From NCBI GenBank assembly GCA_046754085.1, contig JBHHVE010000010.1:20863-84862 (forward strand): 64,000 bases of DNA, written 5' to 3'. The notes beneath the pieces are model-generated. The model ran no database searches and was not told the origin of the DNA. It saw nothing but the letters and a program-made list of their open reading frames with translations. Shown one piece after another: positions 18,231 through 28,136 of the stretch. This stretch comes from Leptospirillia bacterium. Its GTDB lineage: Bacteria > Nitrospirota > JACRHL01. Each line of letters opens with the position of its first letter. Within the stretch, counting starts at the first letter, position 1. The position numbers were made by a program, and so were the translations under genes.

Positions 18231-19334
18231 TCAGGCGCCCCGTCCCGCAAACGGCAGCAGCCGCAGGTCCCGCTGTACGCGTATCAGGGCGTAGGCGGTG
18301 GCCAGGGCGAACAGCCCGTTGGGTACCCACGCCCCCACCATTACCGGTAGCTCGCTACCCACCACCAGGGCCTGGGTGGCGACCATCAGGGCGTAATAGG
18401 TCAGGATGACGATCAGCCCCTTGGCAAAGCCCGCCGAGCGACCGGCGCGGGCCTGATACACCCCGAGTGCCGGTCCCAGCAGGGCGAAGATAAAACAGGT
18501 GACGCCGAAGGTGACGTTTTTGGTGCGGTCGAGCCACAGGGTCAACAGCCGTTCATGGGGTTCCCCCGCCGCCTGCCGCCGGGTGATTTCGCTACGGATG
18601 GCCGCCACCGATTCCCAGCGTGGGGTGGTGGTGCCACCGGAGACGTGAAGTTTCAGGTCGTAGGTGTCGAAGCGGATGCGTTGCACGGAATTGCCCGCCA
18701 GGTGATGGATTTCCCCCCCTTCCAGGTGCAGGCCGGCCCGGTTTTCCTCACCGGTCTGCATCACCTGCCCGACGTGGGCGGTGACCAGAAGGGGCCGCTC
18801 CGGGTCACGCTCGTCGGAGATGAAAATATTGTTCAGAACACCGCTCTCGGACTCCTCCGCATACACCACCACGTTGCCGTACAGGTCGTTGAAGGTGCCG
18901 GGGGTGATGAGCACACCGGCGTGGGCGCGCAGGGTTTCCTGGGCCAGTTGCTTAAGCTTGCCTTTGCCCCACGGCTCCGCCGTCACGCCCAGCCAGAGGG
19001 CCACGCCCCCGGCGATCAGGGCGAACAGCAGCATCGGCCGCATCAGCCGCGCGAACGACACCCCGGCGGATTTCAGGGCGGTGAATTCGCCGTCGGCGGA
19101 GAACCGGGCGAACGCCGCGATACCGGCCAGCAGCGCCGCCGCCGGCAGGGTGACCAGAAGGAACGGCGGCAGCAGCACCCACAGCAGCTTGGCGAGGGCG
19201 TCAAGGCCGACGCCGTGGCCCACGAACAGGTCTGCCAGACGTACCAGCTGGTTGATCAAAAAGATGGAGATGAGGGCGAACAGGCCAAGCAGGAACGGTA
19301 CCGCCACCTCGCGTATGACATAGCGGTCCAGGGT
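18231..19334 (-). CDS. lptF: LPS export ABC transporter permease LptF
   Basis: Trimmed to MTLDRYVIREVAVPFLLGLFAL… at 19334. YjgP/YjgQ family, first of the pair. Confidence 0.8.
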   Translation of the reverse strand, partial: TLDRYVIREVAVPFLLGLFALISIFLINQLVRLADLFVGHGVGLDALAKLLWVLLPPFLLVTLPAAALLAGIAAFARFSADGEFTALKSAGVSFARLMRPMLLFALIAGGVALWLGVTAEPWGKGKLKQLAQETLRAHAGVLITPGTFNDLYGNVVVYAEESESGVLNNIFISDERDPERPLLVTAHVGQVMQTGEENRAGLHLEGGEIHHLAGNSVQRIRFDTYDLKLHVSGGTTTPRWESVAAIRSEITRRQAAGEPHERLLTLWLDRTKNVTFGVTCFIFALLGPALGVYQARAGRSAGFAKGLIVILTYYALMVATQALVVGSELPVMVGAWVPNGLFALATAYALIRVQRDLRLLPFAGRGA

Positions 19335-19918
19335 CATGCGGATTCCGTGAGCAGGGATTCGGATATGGCCTTCCACAAGGGGGGAAGTCCGTCCCGAAGG
19401 CGCGCCGATACCGGGATCGGCTTCAGTCCGGTTTCCCGGGTGATGCCGAACATCTGCTTGTGGACCTGACTGCGGCTCAGCTTGTCGGCTTTGGTTGCGA
19501 CCAGCAGGCAGGGGCGCTTGAAGTGGGTCAGCCAGGCCACCATCTGCCGGTCCTTTTCGGTGGGGGGGTGGCGCACGTCCACCAGCACCACCACCAGACG
19601 CAGGGTTTCCCGGTTTTTCAGGTAGCCCTCGATGCGGTCACGCCATTTGGCCTGCTCCGCTTTCGGCGCCTTGGCGAAGCCGTATCCAGGCAGGTCCACC
19701 AGACAGAAGCGGTTGTTGATCCTGAAAAAATTGATCAACTGGGTCTTGCCCGGGGTGGAGCTGGTTTTTGCCAGCCCCTTGCGATTCAGCAGGGCATTGA
19801 TCAGGGTGCTCTTGCCGACGTTGGAGCGACCGACGAAGGCGACCTCGGGCAGGACGGCCGGTGGATATCCGGACGGCCCCGCCGCGCTGGTGGTGAATTC
19901 CGCCTGGGTGATTTTCAA
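19334..19918 (-). CDS. engB: Ribosome biogenesis GTP-binding protein YsxC/EngB
   Basis: …VAFVGRSNVGKSTLINAL…DLPGYGFAK…, G1/G3 motifs and EngB size (194 aa). Confidence 0.85.
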   Translation of the reverse strand: MKITQAEFTTSAAGPSGYPPAVLPEVAFVGRSNVGKSTLINALLNRKGLAKTSSTPGKTQLINFFRINNRFCLVDLPGYGFAKAPKAEQAKWRDRIEGYLKNRETLRLVVVLVDVRHPPTEKDRQMVAWLTHFKRPCLLVATKADKLSRSQVHKQMFGITRETGLKPIPVSARLRDGLPPLWKAISESLLTESA

Positions 19919-19921
19919 CAG

Positions 19922-20983
19922 CTATCCGATCAGGTACGGGGTCGGATCCAGATTCGGGTCCTGCAATCGGTACAAATCCTGCGGGCGCACCGCGCCGCGC
20001 TCGGTGATGATGCCGCGAATGTACTCGGCGGGGGTGACGTCGAATGCCGGGTTGAAGGTCTTGCAGCCGTCCGGAGCAATCTGGACCTGTCCGAACACCC
20101 GGGTAATTTCCCCGCCGTCCCGTTCCTCGATCGGAATCAGGTCGCCCGAGGCCATGGCGAAGTCCACCGTGGAGATGGGGGCGGCCACATAGAACGGGAT
20201 ATCGTGTGCCCGCGCCAGAATGGCAACGCCGTAGGTGCCGATTTTGTTGGCGGCATCGCCGTTGGCCGCGATGCGGTCGGCGCCCACCACCACCGCCTGG
20301 ATTTTGCCCAGCTTCATGGTGTGGGCCGCCATGTTATCGGTGATGAGGGTGACGTCGATGTTGTCCTCCATCAACTCCCAGGCGGTGAGACGCGCCCCTT
20401 GCAGCACCGGGCGGGTTTCATCGGCGAACACATGCACGTTTTTGCCCAGTTCCACCGCGCCGCGAATCACCCCGAGCGCGGTGCCGTAGCCCGCCGTGGC
20501 CAGCGCCCCGGCGTTGCAGTGGGTGAGGATACCGCCACTGTCCGGCATCAGCGGACCGCCGGCGCGACCGATGCCCTTGCAGATCTCGATGTCCTCTTCC
20601 AGCATGCGCTGGGACTCGTCCACCAGCATTTTTTTAAGCTCGGCCACCGGGCGCTCCGAGTGGGACTTTGAAAAGTCCAGAATCTGACCCACCGCCCACG
20701 ACAGGTTGACCGCCGTGGGGCGCTGGGAGATGAGCATGTCGCCGACTTTTGTGAGACCGTCCATGAAGGTTTCAAAATTGTCTTCGGGGAGGTCCCGTGC
20801 CCCCAGGGCCATCCCCATGGCGGCGGCCACACCGATGGCCGGAGCGCCGCGCACCCACAAATCCTTGATGCCTCGGGCCACGGTCTCGGCGTCGGCGCAG
20901 GGATTGTAGATTACCTCGGTTGGCAACCGGGTCTGGTCGAGCATCTGACAGACGCCGTCTTGCCAGTACAGGGTCGGGGTCAT
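19922..20983 (-). CDS. mtnA: S-methyl-5-thioribose-1-phosphate isomerase (eIF-2B alpha/beta/delta family)
   Basis: 353 aa, …IGVAAAMG…THCNAG…GADRIAANGD…; the MtnA family. Confidence 0.8.
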   Translation of the reverse strand: MTPTLYWQDGVCQMLDQTRLPTEVIYNPCADAETVARGIKDLWVRGAPAIGVAAAMGMALGARDLPEDNFETFMDGLTKVGDMLISQRPTAVNLSWAVGQILDFSKSHSERPVAELKKMLVDESQRMLEEDIEICKGIGRAGGPLMPDSGGILTHCNAGALATAGYGTALGVIRGAVELGKNVHVFADETRPVLQGARLTAWELMEDNIDVTLITDNMAAHTMKLGKIQAVVVGADRIAANGDAANKIGTYGVAILARAHDIPFYVAAPISTVDFAMASGDLIPIEERDGGEITRVFGQVQIAPDGCKTFNPAFDVTPAEYIRGIITERGAVRPQDLYRLQDPNLDPTPYLIG

Positions 20984-22008
20984 GGTGCATCTCCTGCGCG
21001 TTCTGATTTGAGCGGGGACGAATAAATGTCCCGTTTGGGTTCTTCATGCGGCGGGCGCGACTTCCACCGCTTGTGGCTCCACAGCCACAGTTCCGGCCGC
21101 TCGCGAATAATGCCCTCCAGATGGGCCAGGCAGCGGCGTGTGATGTCGTGAATGTCGGCCTGTTTGTCGTCGGTTGTTTTGGTTTCCACCTCGGGCATCA
21201 GACGGCCGCTGTAGGTGCCGTCGCCGTTGGGGGTGCAGACCAGGGGCACGATGGCCGCACCGCTGGTACGGGCCAGGGCCGCCAGGGTATCGGAAGTGCC
21301 CGCCTCCACCCCGAAGAACGGCACGAATACCCCCTGGGAAAAGTTCTGGTCGATGGCGAACCCCACCAGTTCGCCGCGCTTCAAGGCCGACAGGCACTTA
21401 CGGATGGCGCCTTCCTTGTAGACCACCTTATTGCCGGTGCCGGAGCGGAAGCGCTCCAGAAACGGGTTGGCCCAGGGCGACTGCCTTTTGGCCACCACGT
21501 GGACCTGACGCAGATCCATGAACGGCAGGCATGCACCCATCAGTTCCCAGTTGCCGTAGTGGGAGAACATGAGGATGACGCCCTTGCCCCGCGCAAGGTA
21601 CTCACGGGTACGGATCAGGTCCTCCTCCGGCACCCGGACGTAGCGGGTCCAGTTGTCTTTGGTCAGGGACGGGATCATGGAGACCGCATCCACCATGCAG
21701 CCGGCAAAATTGCGGAAGCTCTCCAGGGCGATCCTCTCCTTCTCCTCGAAGCTTTTACTGTTGCCAAAGGCCAGGTCCAGGTTGGCGCGCGCCGCCATCT
21801 GACGGTTCATGTGACGGCGGGCGGCGTAGTTGCCGATCTGCCGGGAAATGGCGCGACGCAGTTTCCACGGCGTGAACCGCAGCACCTTCAACAGCACGCC
21901 GAAGAAGAACGCAGTAACCCGTACCGCCAGAGATGACGACGGGTCGTCTGAATGTCTGTGGGAACTCACGGGGCCAGGATCGAAATAAACCTTACGGGGG
22001 CGGGGCAT
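20980..22008 (-). CDS. Lysophospholipid/lipid A acyltransferase (LpxL/HtrB-like, LPLAT family)
   Basis: 342 aa. N-terminal region alignable to LpxL (…VLRF…RRH…ARANLDLAFG), HxxxxD-type region MFSHYGNWE. Exact start uncertain. Confidence 0.7.
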   Translation of the reverse strand: MPRPRKVYFDPGPVSSHRHSDDPSSSLAVRVTAFFFGVLLKVLRFTPWKLRRAISRQIGNYAARRHMNRQMAARANLDLAFGNSKSFEEKERIALESFRNFAGCMVDAVSMIPSLTKDNWTRYVRVPEEDLIRTREYLARGKGVILMFSHYGNWELMGACLPFMDLRQVHVVAKRQSPWANPFLERFRSGTGNKVVYKEGAIRKCLSALKRGELVGFAIDQNFSQGVFVPFFGVEAGTSDTLAALARTSGAAIVPLVCTPNGDGTYSGRLMPEVETKTTDDKQADIHDITRRCLAHLEGIIRERPELWLWSHKRWKSRPPHEEPKRDIYSSPLKSERAGDAP

Positions 22009-22117
22009 TCAGTGTTCCGCGCATAGCGCCGTATTGTACCAGAAGGATTCCTCCAAATTTTTCCCCGTTTCCGGGCGGGTGCCCGGCAGGTGATTATTGC
22101 ACCCCGGTGTTCCGGAG

Positions 22118-24655
22118 TTACGATTCCACCTCCCTCCACAGCCGCCTTGGGGCGAACAGGCGCAGGGCGTTCAGGTATTCGCCGGACCACGGTGCAGCGG
22201 ACCACGGCGCGACCCGCTCCGGATGCAGCAGCCGCTGGCTGGCCACCTTCAGGGTGTGGCCGTCGGTCTCCATCAGGATGGCCCCGACACTGGCGGTGGA
22301 GAGTATCGGTACGTTCCGCTCCCGGTACCTGCGCACCACCTTCGGGCTGGGGTGCCCGTAACGGTTGCCGTTGCCGGCGGAAATCACCGCCAGCCTGGGC
22401 GCCACCCGTTCCACGAAATGAGCGCTGCTGGAACTGGCGGAACCGTGATGGGGCACCTTGAGCACGGTGGCGGTCAGATCCCGACCGGAGGCCGCCAGCA
22501 TGGCTTCGGCGTCTTTTTCGATGTCTCCGGCGAACAGAAAGGAGTGGCGGCCGTGGCGGATACGCACCACCAGGGAACGGTTGTTGTCGGCGCGTGCGGT
22601 GGCGCGTGCGGGTCCCGGCGGTGGGTGCAGTACGTCGCTGTCGATGCCGGGAAGCGGGGCGAACGGCGTGCCCGCCCACAGCCGCACCGGGGAGACGCCG
22701 GCGTTTTTGGCGGCATCGTTGAACGCTTCCAGAAACCGGCTGTCGGGACGGCTGTCGCCGTTACTGTAAACCCGCTCCGGATGGAAGCGGGAAACCAGGT
22801 GGGTGAGACCGCCCTGGTGGTCCTGTTGGGGATGGGAGGCCAGCAGGCTGAGCCGGCGCACGCCGTTTGCCGTCAGGTACGGGTCGAGGGCGAGGCGTCC
22901 GGTGTCGAAGCGCCCCCAGCGGGTACCGCCGTCGATCACCAGGGCGGAACCGTCCGGGCCGGTGACCACCGCGCCGTCCCCCTGCCCCACGTCCAGCATC
23001 GCCACCCGCAGGGTGCCGGTGGCCGGTGCCGGGTGCAGGGCGACGAGCCAGGCAAGCGCCACCACCACGCCGCCGGTGGTCTGGGTGGCGCGGCTCAGAT
23101 GTCGGTGGCCGGTAAGTATTAAAAGCGCCACCCCGTAGCTGGCCACAAGCACCGGAAGTGGGGGCGCCGGAACGTGGGAGAGCGCACCGGGAAGCGCCGC
23201 GAAGGCCCCGCAGGCGGACAAAAAACCGTCCAGCAGGGTTTGCATCAGCCCCGCCAGCGGCAGTTCGCCGAAGGCCGGGGCCAGCACCATGCAGAAGAGC
23301 ACCAGCGGTAACACCACAAATCCCAACAATGGCAACAGCAACAGATTGGCGACGAACCCGGGCCAGGCGATCTGGCCGAAGTGCCACGCCACCAGGGGTG
23401 CGGTGGCCAGTCCCGCCGCCAGGGTCACCACGGCGCTGGTGGTCAGCGCGCGCAGGCAGCGGGCCGTGAAGGTGGGAGGCGGCGGCTCCGGCGCCAGCAT
23501 GTCGGTCGGGATCGTATCCGTATCCGCCGGCTCTGGGCGGTTGAGCCGCATCAGGGCCAGCAGGATCGCCGTCACCGCCGCGAACGATAATTGAAAAGAT
23601 GCCTGCCCGATGGCCCGTGGATCGACCAGCAGAATCAGAACCGCCGCCACCCCCAGCCCGGTGAGGCCGTGGGCCTGCCGCCGCAGCAAAAGCGCCCCCA
23701 TGACCAGCGCCACCATGACCAACGCCCTTAAGGTGGGGGTGCGGCCCCCGGCCAGCAGGGCGTAGCCGATGACCGTGACCAGCGCCGCCAGCGCCGCCGC
23801 CTGACGCGGGGTGAGGTGGCGGGTGAGCCGCAGCAGTATCCCATACGGCAGCCGCCGTACCGCCCACTGGATGAGCAGGAACACCACCCCGGCCACCAGT
23901 CCCAGGTGGGTGCCGGAAACCGCCAGCACATGGGCCAGCCCCGCCGCCTGAAAGGTCTGCCGCAGTTCCTCGGAGATGCCACGGGCATCCCCCGCGGCAA
24001 GGGCCGTAGCGAACGCCGCCGCGTCTTCCGTCAGGGCGTTTCGGGCCAGTTGCTGCATGCGCCGCCGCCAGTCGTGCACGACACCCATGAGGCTGGCTGA
24101 CCGGGTGATGGCAAGCGCCGTCCGGTGGCTGATGGAGGTGTGGGTGCGGATCCCCTTTCGCCATTGATAGGCGGCCCAGTCGAAGCCCCCCGGATTGGCC
24201 AGGGAGGTGATCGGCTTCAGGGTGACGGTGGCGGTGAAGGTGTCGCCGTAAGCAAGGTCGGCGGGGTCGTATTTCAGATAACGGGAGACCCGTATCCGAC
24301 CACTGGCGGGGACTGCGCGTCCGTCCGTTACCACCTGCCGGGCCATTGCCTCAAAGCGCAGGGTGCCGCCTTCCCGGTGGGGCGGGGTGGCGACGGTGGC
24401 GGTGAGGGTCACCTCCTGCCCGGTGAAATGCACCACGTCGTCCTCCGCCACATGCCAGTAGCGGTACTGGCCATACAGCACGGAAATGAGTAAAAGCCCG
24501 TAGAGCAGGTGGGACAGACGCCCGCCGCCGCGCCAGCAGAAGGCCAGGCCGAATAACGTGAGGGTCACCGTCAGCGGGAAGAAGGCGAACGCCTCCGACA
24601 GGGCCAGGCCCAGGATCAGGGTGACGGACAGGGTCAGAAAAATATGGTGCCGCAT
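22118..24655 (-). CDS. comEC: DNA internalization-related competence protein ComEC/Rec2 (DUF4131 + competence + metallo-beta-lactamase domains)
   Basis: 845-aa polytopic membrane protein. C-terminal metallo-beta-lactamase motif (…MLDVGQGDGAVV…ASHPQQDH…VPHHGS…). Confidence 0.85.
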   Translation of the reverse strand: MRHHIFLTLSVTLILGLALSEAFAFFPLTVTLTLFGLAFCWRGGGRLSHLLYGLLLISVLYGQYRYWHVAEDDVVHFTGQEVTLTATVATPPHREGGTLRFEAMARQVVTDGRAVPASGRIRVSRYLKYDPADLAYGDTFTATVTLKPITSLANPGGFDWAAYQWRKGIRTHTSISHRTALAITRSASLMGVVHDWRRRMQQLARNALTEDAAAFATALAAGDARGISEELRQTFQAAGLAHVLAVSGTHLGLVAGVVFLLIQWAVRRLPYGILLRLTRHLTPRQAAALAALVTVIGYALLAGGRTPTLRALVMVALVMGALLLRRQAHGLTGLGVAAVLILLVDPRAIGQASFQLSFAAVTAILLALMRLNRPEPADTDTIPTDMLAPEPPPPTFTARCLRALTTSAVVTLAAGLATAPLVAWHFGQIAWPGFVANLLLLPLLGFVVLPLVLFCMVLAPAFGELPLAGLMQTLLDGFLSACGAFAALPGALSHVPAPPLPVLVASYGVALLILTGHRHLSRATQTTGGVVVALAWLVALHPAPATGTLRVAMLDVGQGDGAVVTGPDGSALVIDGGTRWGRFDTGRLALDPYLTANGVRRLSLLASHPQQDHQGGLTHLVSRFHPERVYSNGDSRPDSRFLEAFNDAAKNAGVSPVRLWAGTPFAPLPGIDSDVLHPPPGPARATARADNNRSLVVRIRHGRHSFLFAGDIEKDAEAMLAASGRDLTATVLKVPHHGSASSSSAHFVERVAPRLAVISAGNGNRYGHPSPKVVRRYRERNVPILSTASVGAILMETDGHTLKVASQRLLHPERVAPWSAAPWSGEYLNALRLFAPRRLWREVES

Positions 24656-24736
24656 TCCCCCTCGGATTAATGCACCCGAGGGGGACGGTATCAGATGCGG
24701 GGAGGGATCACCAGTGAGTGGAAATTCCCCTTTTGT

Positions 24737-25345
24737 TCACCCCGTGCCAATACGGCGGTTGGCCTCGCTGATGAGCAGTTCACAGACCATCCGGCCCTGG
24801 GTGGAAAGCCCGTTCGGATCATCCAGAAGGGCTTTCAGTTCGGAGTAGGACAGCCACCCCTGATGCTCGAGAATGTCCTTCATGTCGGTGTTCGGCAGGG
24901 AGGCGCTCACGGTCCGCACCACATCGGCTCTTACCGCATCAAAGGCGGCGTCGGGGGAGGGGGTGGCCTGAAGCGCCGCGGGGGCGGTCACCCGCCTTGT
25001 TTTAACCGGTTCCGGTACGGCATCCAGCGCGCCCTGTTTGTGGGCCTTGTAGCCCGCCATGGCCAGGTCGGAGAGGTCGTCGCCCGTATGGCCCGAGGTT
25101 CCGCAGCCGGAGCCACAACCCCGTTGGATGCGCAGGTCGCGCAGCAGCTGTTCCGCATGGGCGTGGTCGGACACCGGCACCGCCACGCCGGCATTTCCCC
25201 CCAGGTTGAGAAACCCCAACAGGCGCGAGAAAAGGCTGTTATTGCAGCGGATGACCTCGATGCCCGCCGCCTGCAGCAGACCGATGGCCGCTTCCGCCTC
25301 CGCGGGTTGGCGAAAGGTGGCGACGATGCGGAAATTACTTTGCAC
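24737..25345 (-). CDS. Hypothetical protein (N-terminal DUF2007-like small alpha/beta domain, Cys/Gly-rich linker)
   Basis: 202 aa. N-term IVATFRQPAEAEAAIGLLQAAGIEV… resembles DUF2007, the 'putative signal-transducing' fold (inference). Central RGCGSGCGTSGH motif. No recognisable catalytic motifs. Confidence 0.45.
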   Translation of the reverse strand: MQSNFRIVATFRQPAEAEAAIGLLQAAGIEVIRCNNSLFSRLLGFLNLGGNAGVAVPVSDHAHAEQLLRDLRIQRGCGSGCGTSGHTGDDLSDLAMAGYKAHKQGALDAVPEPVKTRRVTAPAALQATPSPDAAFDAVRADVVRTVSASLPNTDMKDILEHQGWLSYSELKALLDDPNGLSTQGRMVCELLISEANRRIGTG

Positions 25346-25413
25346 GGGGTGTCCTGCCTGACGGTGGCTTGCGACAAGCGTTATTCATATGTGCGGCCCC
25401 CCCGCACCCGAAC

Positions 25414-26085
25414 CTACTTGTCGTGACAGACCAGGCAGAGGTTCTCGCCCAGGGCCCGGAGATAGGGCGGGGTGAGGTCGCTGTGGGGGTTGTGGCAGCT
25501 TTCGCAGTGAACCTCGCCGTTTCGGGTGCGGATCAACCGGAAGGTGAGTTGCTCTTCAGTGGCGTTCGGGTCGTTCAGGGGCTGATAGGTGGAGAGCGAC
25601 CCGGTGGGCAGCACCAGCGTCCCGGCGGCGATGTCGGGCACGGTAAAAAACTGGGTATTCTGGGGCAGCGGCGTACTGACCACAAAGGTGCCGTTGGTGG
25701 CGCGCGGATAGGTGATCTGGATCGGGTGGTTCCTCACCCGCGATCCGCCCCGCTCGGTGGTCACGCCGGTGTCCTGATGCACGGCGGTGGCGGTGACGCC
25801 ATCGTGGCAGGAGAGGCAGGCCTGAGAGGTGTCCGGGAACTCGGTGTCGGTGCTTCCCACCAGGAAGACACCAAGGCCGCCACCGCCCCACAGCGGGTCG
25901 GCGACGAGTTGGTTGGGATCGACATTTGCGGGTGGGATATGGCAGCCGAGGCAGACCTCCTGGGGCAGGGTGCTGCCGAGAAAATTGTGTGTGGTGCCGA
26001 GCACCCCGTCGTAGGGCGACTGGGCGGAGGCGGCAGCGGCGAACAGCAGGGTTCCGAGCAGACCGATGGCGGCAAAGGGCTTCAT
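25414..26085 (-). CDS. Secreted tetraheme c-type cytochrome
   Basis: 223 aa. Signal peptide [21 protein letters not shown] and four CxxCH haem-binding motifs (CLGCH, CLSCH, CESCH, CLVCH). ATGA overlap with the glmM stop. Confidence 0.8.
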   Translation of the reverse strand: MKPFAAIGLLGTLLFAAAASAQSPYDGVLGTTHNFLGSTLPQEVCLGCHIPPANVDPNQLVADPLWGGGGLGVFLVGSTDTEFPDTSQACLSCHDGVTATAVHQDTGVTTERGGSRVRNHPIQITYPRATNGTFVVSTPLPQNTQFFTVPDIAAGTLVLPTGSLSTYQPLNDPNATEEQLTFRLIRTRNGEVHCESCHNPHSDLTPPYLRALGENLCLVCHDK

Positions 26086-27446
26086 GCCTCGACGACCTCC
26101 CCGGCCTTTTCCAGAATCGTATCGAGCATCTGCCGGGCAAGGTGCTCGATCCGGTCCTGGTCCGTCCCCTCCAGCATGACCCGCACCAACGGTTCGGTGC
26201 CCGAGTAACGCAATACCATACGACCGGCATCCCCCAGCTCTTTTTCGATCTGCTGGCGCAGGTTGACCACCTCCGGGGTGGTCTCAAGGTCGATGCGGTG
26301 GTCCACGCGGCCGCCAAGGAGAACCTGGGGCAGCGAGGTCATGACCGCCGCCATCTCCGACAGGGGCTTCTGCTCCCGGCGCATGAAGTAGGCCACTTGC
26401 AGCGCGGTAATCAGCCCGTCTCCGGTGACGTTGTGGTCGAGGAAAATGATGTGGCCGGACTGCTCGCCGCCGAAATTGTAGCCGTTGGCCAGCATCTCCT
26501 CCAGCACGTAACGGTCGCCCACCTGGGTGCGGAGCATCGTGATGCCGTGCTCGCGCATGGCGAGCTCCAGCCCCAGGTTACTCATTACCGTGGTGACCAG
26601 GGTGTCGCGGGCAAGGTTGCCGTCTTTTTTCAGCTCCACCGCGCACAGCCCCATGACCTGATCGCCGTTCACCAGGTTGCCCGCCTCGTCGGAGAACAGT
26701 ACCCGGTCGGCATCGCCGTCGTGGGCGATGCCAAGGTGCGCGCCGTGCTCGATCACCGCCCGTTGCATGGCCTCCGGGTAAAGGCTGCCGCAGTTGGCGT
26801 TGATGTTGGTGCCGTCCGGCTCGATGCCGAGGGGGATGACCTCCGCCCCCAGTTCGCGAAACACCATGGGAGACACCTTGTAGGCGGCACCGTGGGCGCA
26901 GTCCACCACCACCTTGAGGCCGGACAGGTCGAAGCCCTTGGGCAGGCTTGCCTTGACATACTCCACGTAGCGCCCTCTGGCGTCCTCGATGATGGTGGAT
27001 TTGCCGATGTCGGTGGCGGTTGGGCGGATGGTGTCGATCTCGCCGGAGGAGATCAGCCGTTCGATCTCCCGCTCCATCTCGTCCGGCAGCTTGAGGCCGT
27101 CCCGGCTGAAAAACTTGATGCCGTTGTCTTCATAGGAATTGTGGCTGGCGGAGATCACCACCCCGGCGTCCGCCCGGAGGGATTTGGTGATGACCGAAAT
27201 GGCCGGGGTCGGCATCGGTCCCACCAGGTTCACGTCCACCCCCATGGAGCAGATACCGCTGGTGAGGGCGGTTTCGATCATGTAGCCGGACAGACGGGTG
27301 TCCTTGCCGATGACGATCTTGTGGCGGCCTTCCCCGTTCTTGAACAGGTGTGCCACGGCGCGTCCCAGCTTGAGGGCCATCTCACTGGTCATCGGGTCGA
27401 TGTTGGCGGTGCCTCGAATTCCGTCTGTCCCGAACAGTTTTCTCAC
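26082..27446 (-). CDS. glmM: Phosphoglucosamine mutase
   Basis: [12 protein letters not shown]…[16 protein letters not shown]…, phosphohexomutase signature and active-site Ser. Last gene of the conserved cdaA-cdaR-glmM unit. Confidence 0.95.
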   Translation of the reverse strand: MRKLFGTDGIRGTANIDPMTSEMALKLGRAVAHLFKNGEGRHKIVIGKDTRLSGYMIETALTSGICSMGVDVNLVGPMPTPAISVITKSLRADAGVVISASHNSYEDNGIKFFSRDGLKLPDEMEREIERLISSGEIDTIRPTATDIGKSTIIEDARGRYVEYVKASLPKGFDLSGLKVVVDCAHGAAYKVSPMVFRELGAEVIPLGIEPDGTNINANCGSLYPEAMQRAVIEHGAHLGIAHDGDADRVLFSDEAGNLVNGDQVMGLCAVELKKDGNLARDTLVTTVMSNLGLELAMREHGITMLRTQVGDRYVLEEMLANGYNFGGEQSGHIIFLDHNVTGDGLITALQVAYFMRREQKPLSEMAAVMTSLPQVLLGGRVDHRIDLETTPEVVNLRQQIEKELGDAGRMVLRYSGTEPLVRVMLEGTDQDRIEHLARQMLDTILEKAGEVVEA

Positions 27447-27467
27447 GGCGAAATAGAGGTCTCCCTG

Positions 27468-28136
27468 TCAGTTTTTGTCGGGTGTTTGAACATTAATCGT
27501 AACATATACACTAGATCCGTCCTTAATCTCCAGATCCCGCCCCCCCAGGTCGAGGCGGGTTTCCCGCCGGATCGAGGAAACAATCTCTGATAAATCAATG
27601 GGTTGCGTGCGTATTCGGGAGAGCCCCCGGAGCGCCTTGGCGCCGCCGCTGGCGGTCACTTCAGCGGGCTCCACCGTAATCCGGGCGATATCGATCCCCT
27701 CCGGCGGGCTGCCCACCACGTCCGCCACCACCTTGAGGGTGCGGGTAACGCGGGGTTCGATCCGCACCCGGACCTGCCTGGGCATGATCTGGGCCACCTC
27801 CACCGGGCGGGAGATGGACACGTCGTCGACTCCCAGGGCAATCCACTGTTCACCCTCCTGGACGTGGGAAAGGTCCAGATAGGCATGGATGTGGCGGATG
27901 GTGATCGGTGAAAGGTCGGACTCGCGACCGGTCAAACGCACGTCGGCGGAGGTTTCGCTGATATGGGTCAGGACCATGTCTTCGGGCAGGCCCACGGGCT
28001 CAATCGGTACCGCGAAATTGAAGGTTTCCTGCCCCTGGCTGTTGACGTAGATCCAGACACACAGGGCCAGCCCAACGCTCAAAACCTTGAGGCCCATGTT
28101 GCGTCGAAGGGCGAGTTGGAGACGGCGGGGGATCAT
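27468..28136 (-). CDS. cdaR: CdaR/YbbR-like regulator of diadenylate cyclase
   Basis: Trimmed to MIPRRLQLALRRNMGLKVLSVGLALCVW… (TM anchor, then YbbR-like repeats). ATGA overlap with cdaA. Confidence 0.7.
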   Translation of the reverse strand: MIPRRLQLALRRNMGLKVLSVGLALCVWIYVNSQGQETFNFAVPIEPVGLPEDMVLTHISETSADVRLTGRESDLSPITIRHIHAYLDLSHVQEGEQWIALGVDDVSISRPVEVAQIMPRQVRVRIEPRVTRTLKVVADVVGSPPEGIDIARITVEPAEVTASGGAKALRGLSRIRTQPIDLSEIVSSIRRETRLDLGGRDLEIKDGSSVYVTINVQTPDKN

